Source: Halarcobacter sp. (lineage in GTDB: Bacteria; Campylobacterota; Campylobacteria; Campylobacterales; Arcobacteraceae). From it: a stretch of DNA of 64,000 nucleotides. The notes beneath the pieces are model-generated. The model searched no databases. It saw nothing but the letters and a program-made list of their open reading frames with translations, and was not told where the DNA came from. How positions within the stretch are numbered: the stretch's first letter is position 1; the number at the start of each line of letters is the position of its first letter. The translations under genes and the position numbers were made by a program. The stretch spans positions 1,984,001 to 2,048,000 of the forward strand of contig OY781089.1 in the NCBI GenBank assembly GCA_963676565.1, given 5' to 3'. This document shows, piece by piece, positions 17,501 to 26,135 of this stretch.

Positions 17501-20320
17501 CTATTTAAAAAATAAAATTCTATCAGGATATAAAGGATCAGGACATTTTTCATGTTTATATTTAACAACATTTCTATTTTTATATTTATCTAAAATTGTA
17601 ATACTACTCCAACCATCACTATCGATTGTATTATTTTTAAAGATGGTATTTTCAATTTCATTTTTAGTAATATTTAAAAAAAGTTTTTCTAAACTTAATT
17701 CTTTTAACTCTCTAGCACTATAATTGAAAAGTTTTTCAGCTAAAAAGTTTGTATGAATTATATTAGAATTTGTATCTACACAAATTATTGGATATTTAGA
17801 ATAAGAACCTAATAGTCCTATAAATTTTTCATGTAATTGATCTGATAAGTAAGTTCTATCTTTTACTTTTTCAAAAAATAGTATTGCACCTACAACCTCT
17901 TTATTATCAAATTTATAAGGAACAATTCTAAGGTCATGATTAATTCTTCTACTCCTTAGATTTATTACAGATTCTTTTTCTAATTCTATTACATTTAAAA
18001 GTTCTGTTCTTAGATTTGGAATATCCATGGTAAAGCCAAATGAAGTTACAACTTGTCCAATGTCATCATGGATTAGTTCAAATAATTTCCCTGCTTTATT
18101 TGTATATCTTTGAAGTCTTAATCTGTTATCAACAAATAAAATATTTTCATCTATTGAACTTAACATTGCAGATAAATCATTGTTTACTTTTCCTAATTCA
18201 AAAGATTTGACTTCTAATTCCTCATTAACCGTTGAAAGTTCTTCATTTGTTGATTGAAGTTCTTCATTAGCAGTTTGAAGCTCTTCATTTGCAGATTGAA
18301 GTTCCTCATTTGCAGATTGAAGTTCTTCATTTGTTGATTGAAGTTCCTCATTACTTGTTTCCAAATCTTGAATAGAACTTTGTAATCTTTCTCTAAAAAT
18401 CTCAATCTCTTGTTTTAATTTATTTTTACTTAGTTCATCAATATCTTTATGATTAACACTAATTGCTGATTCATCAGATAATTCTATTTCTAAAAAAGCA
18501 ATAACAAACAAATCATCTTCTGATGGAGTAATTTCCTCTATAATAATATAAAGTATTCTTTTTTTATCTTTAGAATTGAAGAATAAAGCTTGAGAAGCAG
18601 CATGCTTCTCTTTTTTTGCCTGTTGTAAAAGAGACCTTATATCAATTTTTAAATCATCTTTTGCCATATTAAAAATATTTGTTTCTACTCTTCCTTGCGG
18701 AAATTCAAGGTACTCATTGATATTTCCTTTTATATGTAACATTTCACCCAATGAATTTATTACAATAGAAGCAGGCAAAACTCTATCATTTAAGATTTTA
18801 TTCATTTTATCTTCTAAGCTAACTTCTTCATCTAATTTCATTTTGGTTTTAGTACTAATAGTTTTTTGATTTTTTACTAGTTTTTTTGCACCTTTTACAT
18901 AGTCCAAATTAAAAGATATATCTGTTTTTTTTCTTTTAAATAGTTGGGATTTATTTGTGGAAACATCATATAGTTCAGGAGCTGTGTTTACAGCAGATTC
19001 AGATTTTCCTAAAAACAGATAACTATTTGGTCTTAGGGAATAGTGAAAAGTTTGAAAAATCTTTTTTTGTGTTTCATTGTTAAAGTATATTAGAACATTT
19101 CTACAACTAATTAAGTCTATATTAGAAAAAGGTGGATCCATAATTACGTTTTGTTTTGCAAAAACAACATGATCCCTAAGGGATTTATTTACTATATAAG
19201 AGTTATCATTTTCTTGAAAGTATCTTTTTAACAAAGCTTGATTAATCTCTTTTACTTGAGATGCAGAATATACAGCTTTTCTAGCTAAATTAAGCGCATA
19301 ATCATCAATATCTGTTGCAAATATTTGAAATGAGACAGGTTTATCTTGTTTTCTTTTTGCTTCTTCAAATAATATTGCAATAGAATAAGCTTCAGCTCCA
19401 TTTGCACAACCCGTAACCCAAACTCTAATAGGATCTTTTAAATCTCTTTTTTTAACAATATTATCGACTACTATTTTTAGGTCGTCAAATGCTTCTTTAT
19501 CCCTAAAAAAGTCTGTAACTGAGATAAGTAAGTCTTTAAATAAGGCTTCAACTTCAGAAGAAGAACTATTTAAGAGATTAATATAATCTTCTAAAGCAAC
19601 TATTTTATTAACCACCATTCTTCTTTGAATTCTTCTTTGAATTGTTTTTAATTTATAGCCACTAAAATCATATGAGGTTTGATCAAATATTGATTGAAAT
19701 ATTTTTTCTAAATTAGTTCTTATTTTTGGTTCAGTAACTTTATATTGATACTCTTCCGTTGTATTTATTAGTTTAGGAAGTTCAATTGCAATCTCATTTG
19801 CAGGAAGAATTAAATCAACAAAACCAGTTTCAATTGCAGATTTAGGCATACCAGAATATTTTGCACTTATTTCATCTTGCGCTATTGTTATTCCACCAGC
19901 TGCTTTTATAGCTGTGATTCCAACAGAACCATCACTTCCAGTACCAGATAAAACTATACCTATACTATAATCTTTTAATTCATCCGCCATAGAGCTAAAT
20001 AGTTCATTTATTGAAGGTTTTGGCCCAATTAATGCTGCAGGAGATAATTTTATCTCTTCATCCTTAATTGAAGCATTATGTCCAGGAGCAATAATATAAA
20101 TTGAACCTTTTTCAGGTTTAATATCTTTTTCTACCATATGAATAGGTAGATTTGTAACCCGTGCTAATAAATCTTTTAGAATAGTTGGATGGGTTGGGTC
20201 AAGATGTTGTGCAATTATATAAATTGCATCACTAAACTCTAGGTTTTTTAAAAACTCTTTTATTGCATCTAGTCCCCCAGCACTAGCACCGATTCCTATC
20301 CAGAAATTTTTCTTTTTCAT
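17501..20320 (-). CDS. CheB methylesterase-CheR methyltransferase fusion with coiled coil and PAS domains
   Basis: CheB triad GASAGG / AQHL / LSGTGSDG; CheR VTDFFRD, RVWVTGC, IFATDID, DLISCRNVLIYF; NEEL heptads; C-terminal PAS-like segments. Confidence 0.94.
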   Translation of the reverse strand: MKKKNFWIGIGASAGGLDAIKEFLKNLEFSDAIYIIAQHLDPTHPTILKDLLARVTNLPIHMVEKDIKPEKGSIYIIAPGHNASIKDEEIKLSPAALIGPKPSINELFSSMADELKDYSIGIVLSGTGSDGSVGITAIKAAGGITIAQDEISAKYSGMPKSAIETGFVDLILPANEIAIELPKLINTTEEYQYKVTEPKIRTNLEKIFQSIFDQTSYDFSGYKLKTIQRRIQRRMVVNKIVALEDYINLLNSSSSEVEALFKDLLISVTDFFRDKEAFDDLKIVVDNIVKKRDLKDPIRVWVTGCANGAEAYSIAILFEEAKRKQDKPVSFQIFATDIDDYALNLARKAVYSASQVKEINQALLKRYFQENDNSYIVNKSLRDHVVFAKQNVIMDPPFSNIDLISCRNVLIYFNNETQKKIFQTFHYSLRPNSYLFLGKSESAVNTAPELYDVSTNKSQLFKRKKTDISFNLDYVKGAKKLVKNQKTISTKTKMKLDEEVSLEDKMNKILNDRVLPASIVINSLGEMLHIKGNINEYLEFPQGRVETNIFNMAKDDLKIDIRSLLQQAKKEKHAASQALFFNSKDKKRILYIIIEEITPSEDDLFVIAFLEIELSDESAISVNHKDIDELSKNKLKQEIEIFRERLQSSIQDLETSNEELQSTNEELQSANEELQSANEELQTANEELQSTNEELSTVNEELEVKSFELGKVNNDLSAMLSSIDENILFVDNRLRLQRYTNKAGKLFELIHDDIGQVVTSFGFTMDIPNLRTELLNVIELEKESVINLRSRRINHDLRIVPYKFDNKEVVGAILFFEKVKDRTYLSDQLHEKFIGLLGSYSKYPIICVDTNSNIIHTNFLAEKLFNYSARELKELSLEKLFLNITKNEIENTIFKNNTIDSDGWSSITILDKYKNRNVVKYKHEKCPDPLYPDRILFFK
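18215..18352 (-). repeat. 21-nt coding tandem repeat (7 x NEEL heptad)
   Basis: NEELQST NEELQSA NEELQSA NEELQTA NEELQST NEELSTV NEEL. Confidence 0.92.
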
Positions 20321-21795
20321 ACTTTCCCTTCAATAATTTTAAAAAACTGATTTGTGAACTTTAAGGCAGCTAATTCTTCTTGACTATGAAATTTATTACA
20401 AAACCCATGTTTTTCTTCAACAAATCTTTCAAATGACCTTCTAGGAGATAATCTAAAAACTCCTTTATGTTCTACAATAGATTTATTAGGATTTCCTGCC
20501 CAAGTTAGTTTTTCAGAAATTTCATTTCTAAACCAGTAAGATCTTAGTGCTGAGTTTTGAGATTCTAGTTTGATCCCTAAAACTCCAACTGGTCCTATAA
20601 AGTTCAAATCAAAATCTTTTGATATAGAGTTTGAAACTATTTTATTAGAATTTGAATTTAAAAAGTATTCATCTAAGTTTCTTAATGAATTGTTTTCAGG
20701 TATTGAACCTATTGCCCATATTTGAGAGTTATAAATTATAATTAAACCATCGCTGTTTAATAGTTGTAAAAAATGATTTTTATTCTCTTGTATTTGTATT
20801 TCGAAATTATTTAAATCAGAGATAGTATTTAATAAAGAGTTTATTTTATGCTCAACTAAATCTAAATAGGCAATTTTTTCTTTTGCAAAGAAGTTTTGTA
20901 AACCTAGTGAAAACTGTTGGATAAGATTAAGTATATTATTTCTTTGTAAAGGATCTATTCTTTTATATGTGAAGTTATGGCAAGCTAACAGCCCCCAAAG
21001 CTTGTTTGCAATTATAATTGGGATTGATAAAGATGTTATAACTCCCATATTTTTTAAATATTCAATATGAACGGGGGAAACACTTCTTATATCTGAAAAA
21101 GTTAAATCTGGTTTACTCCCATCTATTGTTAAGATATCTATATCTTTTGAGTTTACATCAGCAATTAATCTGTAGGGATTAATCATATACATATCCCTTG
21201 CAATTTTAGGAATATCTGATGCAGGGAACATCAATCCTAGATAACTATCAGCACCTTCATTTGAAACTTTTTCTGCAATCACTTTTCCTGACCAATCATC
21301 TTGAAATTGATATATTAAAATTCTGTCAAATTTCAGTTGATTATCTATAAGTTCTAAAAATGTATTTTTATAGTCATTGTATTCAATATCATTACAAGGA
21401 GCAATTGTAAGTTCTGTATTGTACTTAATAGTTTTACTTAAAAATTCTTCTTTAATCTTTTGAATATCTATAACTATTGAATTATCAATTTTAGATAACT
21501 TAAGTAAAAGTTTTTCTTTTTTTAAAGTTTTATAAAAAAAATTTACATCTTCATCATCTAATTTATATTCATCTAAAAGTTTGTAAAAATCTTTTAAGAG
21601 ATTTTTTATATTTTTTCCTAGCAAATCTTTACAATCAATTGATAAAAAATCTTTGATATTTTCAGAAACGTGGCTTATTATAAAACTTTCACTATCAAAT
21701 ACTAAAAGTGAGGAAAAAGATTGAATCATTCCAGTTAAGTGAAGTTGCTCTTGTTCACATGTTTTTAATAATTCATCAATATCATAGTTTTGCAT
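20317..21795 (-). CDS. bphP: Bacteriophytochrome photosensory core only (PAS2-GAF-PHY)
   Basis: N-terminal Cys13 (TCEQEQLHLTGMIQ), FPASDIP, RSVSPVHIEYLKNMGV, LWGLLACH, WAGNP, LSPRRSF; stop right after PHY helix. Confidence 0.93.
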   Translation of the reverse strand: MQNYDIDELLKTCEQEQLHLTGMIQSFSSLLVFDSESFIISHVSENIKDFLSIDCKDLLGKNIKNLLKDFYKLLDEYKLDDEDVNFFYKTLKKEKLLLKLSKIDNSIVIDIQKIKEEFLSKTIKYNTELTIAPCNDIEYNDYKNTFLELIDNQLKFDRILIYQFQDDWSGKVIAEKVSNEGADSYLGLMFPASDIPKIARDMYMINPYRLIADVNSKDIDILTIDGSKPDLTFSDIRSVSPVHIEYLKNMGVITSLSIPIIIANKLWGLLACHNFTYKRIDPLQRNNILNLIQQFSLGLQNFFAKEKIAYLDLVEHKINSLLNTISDLNNFEIQIQENKNHFLQLLNSDGLIIIYNSQIWAIGSIPENNSLRNLDEYFLNSNSNKIVSNSISKDFDLNFIGPVGVLGIKLESQNSALRSYWFRNEISEKLTWAGNPNKSIVEHKGVFRLSPRRSFERFVEEKHGFCNKFHSQEELAALKFTNQFFKIIEGKV

Positions 21796-21800
21796 AATAT

Positions 21801-22385
21801 CTAGCTTTCAAAGTGTTTTTTTAGTACTATAAATGTTTCTGTGGCACCTAAAGTTGTTTCATATTTATCAATTTCTACTTCATCTAACCACTTTGAAAAA
21901 CTTAACCATTTATTCATGGTATCCTGTTTATATGATTGATAATATCTATTTGGTACATTGTTCTTAAAGTTTTTTTCTATCATTTTAACTATTTGCATCC
22001 CACCCATAGTTGAACCCTCTAATACATAAAGTGCACCAACTACAGAAGCGAAATTATTTAATGTTTTAAATTCTATATTTTTTTTAATATTTAAATTGTC
22101 AATTTCTACATTTAAATAGTTTAAATCTTCAATTAACCATTTCGTTTTTTCAAGTCTTTTTTCTATATCTTCAAGCTTTTTTTCCACAAATTCATTTTTA
22201 TGGTTTTTAATAATTAATTCGATTATACTAAAAAAAGAATAAAGTTTTTTTAATAAAAAAATATACTCCTCTTCAGACAAATTATTTTTTTTGATTTTTT
22301 CGAATAAATAGAATTCTTCTAGCCATTCATGGAGTGGATAAGTAGCATTTTTTAGATGGTTTTTCAGTGAATCGTTATTTTTCAT
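21801..22385 (-). CDS. bphO: Biliverdin-producing heme oxygenase
   Basis: LKNATYPLH proximal His and GALYVLEGSTMGG distal helix; 5 nt upstream of the phytochrome. Confidence 0.92.
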   Translation of the reverse strand: MKNNDSLKNHLKNATYPLHEWLEEFYLFEKIKKNNLSEEEYIFLLKKLYSFFSIIELIIKNHKNEFVEKKLEDIEKRLEKTKWLIEDLNYLNVEIDNLNIKKNIEFKTLNNFASVVGALYVLEGSTMGGMQIVKMIEKNFKNNVPNRYYQSYKQDTMNKWLSFSKWLDEVEIDKYETTLGATETFIVLKKHFES

Positions 22386-22458
22386 AAATTAATATCTCCC
22401 CTAGTAATAATTTATTTTATCTTATTATTAATAAATTAATATAATTTTTATATACGGT

Positions 22459-24831
22459 TTATATATTTTTTGGATTTTCAAAAGGGGGACTAAATAAGTA
22501 TCCTTGTGAGTAATCAATTCCTAACTCTTGTACCTTTTTTAAGATTGATTCATTTTCAACAAATTCTGCAATTGTTTTCATCCCTAAATCTTTCGCAAAA
22601 TTCACTATATTTTTACAAACTTTTTCACTAAGAATATCTTTATCAATATTTTTTATTAAAGAACCATCTATTTTTATAAAATCTGCTTTTAGTTTTAAAA
22701 GATATTCAAAATTACTATAACCAGTACCAAAATCATCAATAGCAATTCTACACCCAAAAGATTTAACTTTTTTAATAAAATTTAAAACAATTTCAAAGTT
22801 TTCAATTGATTCAGATTCAACTATCTCAAAAACAACTCTTTTACCAACTTGTGAGTCTGATAGTATTTTATAAATAAACTCTTTTATCTCAACATTTAAA
22901 ATATCTTCAATTGTTAAATTTATAGAAAAATTATATTCAAGGTCTTTGAATTTTTCTATGGTTTTTTCTATCATAATTTTTGTAATTTGATTGTAAAATT
23001 TAGTTTTCTTTGAAATTTCTAGAAAAAAGTAGGGTGATATTAATTTATCTTTTTTCCTCATCCTAACTAAAGCTTCATATTTTTCAACCTTTAAAGTTTT
23101 GTTATTTATAATTGCTTGATATACTGGTAGAATATTGTCTTTTTCTATTGCATCTTTAATGGATTTAGTCCATTTTATATTATTTTCATACTCTTTGTCT
23201 AAAGATATATCATCTTTGTAAACTAAGATATCTTTATTGTGTTGCTTTGCAATTTTAATAGTCATTGTTGCTGTGTTTAAAATTCTATTTTTTTCTTCAA
23301 AGGAGATTCCAATGGTAAAATTTAAATTGATAAAGTCTTCACTATCAATATAAAAATTTTCTTTTTTTAGTTGGGTGTTTATAGAGTTAATTTTTTGCAA
23401 AAAAAGATCAGTACTTATATCTTCATAAAAAATTACAAATTCATCACTATGTAAACGATAAATGTTACAACTATTTGAATCTTTTATAATGTTTAGTTTT
23501 TCTGCAAATCTTTTAAGTATCTTGTCACCAATTATATATCCATAAAAATCATTTATTTCAGAAAACCTATCAATATTTATAATTGCTAATGCAGGCTTAG
23601 TGCTTTTGTTTATATCATTTATAAGTTTATATCTATTTCCTAAGTTTGTTAGAATATCAGTATTAACAATAGTATCTAATCTTTCTTGTTGTTCAATAGT
23701 TTTAGTTATATCATGTCTTATTCCAATATATTCATTTATATTGTTTTTATCATCAAGAATAGGGACTATTGTAATATCTACCCAATAATAATTTCCATCT
23801 TTAGTGATATTTTTTAATGTTTTTTTCCAAACTCTTTTTGATCTAATCGTTGTCCACAACTCTTCAAAAATAGATTTTGGATTATCTGGATGTCTAATAA
23901 TATTATGGGGTTTACCAATTAATTCCTCTTTTGTATAGCCACTTATTTTACATAAGTTATCATTTACATAAGTAATATTACCTGCTAAGTCTGACTTTGA
24001 AACGATACTTGATTTATCCATCGCAATTTTGTAACTTTCAAATAAAGATATAGTCCTTTTTAATTCATATTCTATCTCTTTTATTTGACTTATATCTTGA
24101 ACTGTCCCAACAGACCTATATGGATTACCATCTTTGTCAAAGTAATTATCACATTTTTCTTCAACATATTTTATTCTTCCATCTTTCATTTTTAATCTAT
24201 GTTGAATAGCATAAGGTTTTTTTGTTTTAAGTGAATTTAAATATGCATTATTTACCATCTCTTTATCTTCTGGATGAATTGCATTTAAAAAATATTCATA
24301 AGAAGGTTCAAATTTAGATTTATCTATTTCGAAAATCTTATATATTTGATCAGACCAAAAGAGATTATTATTGATAATGTCATACTCCCAGTTACCAATA
24401 TTTGCTAACCTTTGAGCTGTATTCATTTTTTTTGTTATTTCAACTTCTCTTGTGACATCTTTTTGAATACCTAAAAAAAACTGTAGTTTATTGTTTTCGT
24501 CAAAAATTGGAGTTATTGTTAATTCACAGTAAACAATTTCACCATTTTTTTTCTGATTTTTAACAATAGTAGTTATTGATTTTTCTTCTTTTATTGCCTT
24601 TCTTATTTCATCTATTGATTTTTGTTCTTTATTACTTGTTTGTAGGAATCTACAGTTTTTACCCAAAACTTCATCCTCTTTATAATCAAACATTTTATAA
24701 AAACTTTTATTTGCGTAAATAATAGGATTATCGTCTTTTTTAGGATCAGTAATTAGTATTCCGTTTACTGCTTGGTCTATGATTTTTGAGAGAAAAATAT
24801 TTAAGTTTTCATCTAAATAATCTTCTCCCAT
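22459..24831 (-). CDS. LOV-PAS-PAS-degenerate GGDEF-EAL protein (putative blue-light-regulated c-di-GMP phosphodiesterase)
   Basis: ITDP..DNPIIYAN, GKNCRFLQ (Cys60), FFLGIQ LOV motifs; GGDEF site reads HSDEF; YEALVR, DDFGTGYS, KIDGSL, AEFVE. Confidence 0.92.
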   Translation of the reverse strand: MGEDYLDENLNIFLSKIIDQAVNGILITDPKKDDNPIIYANKSFYKMFDYKEDEVLGKNCRFLQTSNKEQKSIDEIRKAIKEEKSITTIVKNQKKNGEIVYCELTITPIFDENNKLQFFLGIQKDVTREVEITKKMNTAQRLANIGNWEYDIINNNLFWSDQIYKIFEIDKSKFEPSYEYFLNAIHPEDKEMVNNAYLNSLKTKKPYAIQHRLKMKDGRIKYVEEKCDNYFDKDGNPYRSVGTVQDISQIKEIEYELKRTISLFESYKIAMDKSSIVSKSDLAGNITYVNDNLCKISGYTKEELIGKPHNIIRHPDNPKSIFEELWTTIRSKRVWKKTLKNITKDGNYYWVDITIVPILDDKNNINEYIGIRHDITKTIEQQERLDTIVNTDILTNLGNRYKLINDINKSTKPALAIINIDRFSEINDFYGYIIGDKILKRFAEKLNIIKDSNSCNIYRLHSDEFVIFYEDISTDLFLQKINSINTQLKKENFYIDSEDFINLNFTIGISFEEKNRILNTATMTIKIAKQHNKDILVYKDDISLDKEYENNIKWTKSIKDAIEKDNILPVYQAIINNKTLKVEKYEALVRMRKKDKLISPYFFLEISKKTKFYNQITKIMIEKTIEKFKDLEYNFSINLTIEDILNVEIKEFIYKILSDSQVGKRVVFEIVESESIENFEIVLNFIKKVKSFGCRIAIDDFGTGYSNFEYLLKLKADFIKIDGSLIKNIDKDILSEKVCKNIVNFAKDLGMKTIAEFVENESILKKVQELGIDYSQGYLFSPPFENPKNI

Positions 24832-25092
24832 AAATATCCTTTTAAATTTTATAATTTTGTTACATTATTATAACATAACTTTTTTATAATAATCAAGTTG
24901 AAAAAACTTTTTCACAGACAAAATTATTTTATATAAAAAGTATTATAAGTTTCTTATTTTTAGGGATTTTTTTTTAAATAAATTATTATTATAAAGAGTG
25001 ATTGTTTTTTTGTATATTTTATTTAAGACTAGGGATAAAATAGTAATTTTTTGAAATTATAAACTTTCTAGTTAAGAAAAGACTAGTTTAAA

Positions 25093-25479
25093 CTAGCCTT
25101 TTAGTGATTTAATCATCTCTTCCATGATTACATTTGCTTGTTCATTTGGCGCTTCTAAAAAGTTTACTACAAACATATCTTCTAGTTCACAAACACCTAT
25201 TGCTCTTGGTCTTACAGCTAAAACCTCAGGAGTTGGTATCTCTTTACCAAAACAAAATATAATATTTTTAGCATCTTTAATATCTTCTCTTATAACTCCA
25301 TCTACTCTCTTTGTTTGTGAAAACTGATCAAATGTTGAAATATAAGCTATCACAGGATGTGCATCAATTTTGTCTTTTAGCGCTGCTAATATCTCATTCA
25401 CATTTTTGAATTTTAATTCATCTTTTGAAAATTCAATTTCAAAAATGTGGTATTTATCTTTAAAAGTTTTTTGTTTCAT
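25093..25479 (-). CDS. Conserved hypothetical protein (DUF6858/DUF302-like)
   Basis: AGGA RBS; IIFCFG..IP..LAVRPRAIGV motif. Confidence 0.75.
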   Translation of the reverse strand: MKQKTFKDKYHIFEIEFSKDELKFKNVNEILAALKDKIDAHPVIAYISTFDQFSQTKRVDGVIREDIKDAKNIIFCFGKEIPTPEVLAVRPRAIGVCELEDMFVVNFLEAPNEQANVIMEEMIKSLKG

Positions 25480-25492
25480 TTAATGTTCCTTT

Positions 25493-26041
25493 TTATTTTT
25501 TTAATGTTATAAACGATTTAATGACACAATCCATTCTTTCAGGGATATCGCTAGTATCCATATTCATATAATCAGTTTGTATCTTATAAATTAGTTTATT
25601 GTCAAGTTTAAATTCAAAGACTAGGTACCCAGCATAAAGTTTACATTTTGTTCCTTTTTTTCCCTTGTCTTCTTTATCATTTTCAAGTATGTAATAATCA
25701 ATTAAAAGTTTTTTATCCTTTAGTTTTTTGTCTTTTACATACTTATTTATAGTTTCATTTAAATATTCATTTGCTTTCTCTTCACATATATGTTTATCAA
25801 TTTGTGATTCCATATATACAGATTTTTCGATTCTAGATTTAATAATATAATTAGAAGTTTCAAGAAGCTCAATAGCCTCTTGTGCAAGTTGTTTATTCGA
25901 TATTTTTTCAAAGGTTGTAGTTTTTGTTTGACAGGTTAGTCTTTTTTCTTTTTTTATGTGGTCATTTGATTCTTTAGTTAGTAAACCATAAGAGAAAAAT
26001 CCAACAATAAAAATTAATATAAAAATAAAAAATTTGTTCAT
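25493..26041 (-). CDS. Hypothetical membrane-anchored/exported protein
   Basis: N-terminal hydrophobic helix, four Cys, AAGGGA RBS. Confidence 0.75.
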   Translation of the reverse strand: MNKFFIFILIFIVGFFSYGLLTKESNDHIKKEKRLTCQTKTTTFEKISNKQLAQEAIELLETSNYIIKSRIEKSVYMESQIDKHICEEKANEYLNETINKYVKDKKLKDKKLLIDYYILENDKEDKGKKGTKCKLYAGYLVFEFKLDNKLIYKIQTDYMNMDTSDIPERMDCVIKSFITLKK

Positions 26042-26135
26042 AGTATTCCCTTTTGTTAAGTTAAATAGAATACTAACGTAATAATTATTATAAGTAAATT
26101 AAATAAATGTATTATAATTTATAGTTATAATACAT

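Noticed and set aside
18215..18352. 21-nt repeat as a CRISPR array or VNTR
   Set aside because: No spacers, variation is at synonymous positions, and it encodes the coiled-coil heptads typical of CheBR fusions
24832..25092. Integration site or ncRNA at the upstream edge of the light cassette
   Set aside because: Only AT-rich promoter-like sequence and a terminator-like hairpin; no direct repeat, tRNA or IS end recognised
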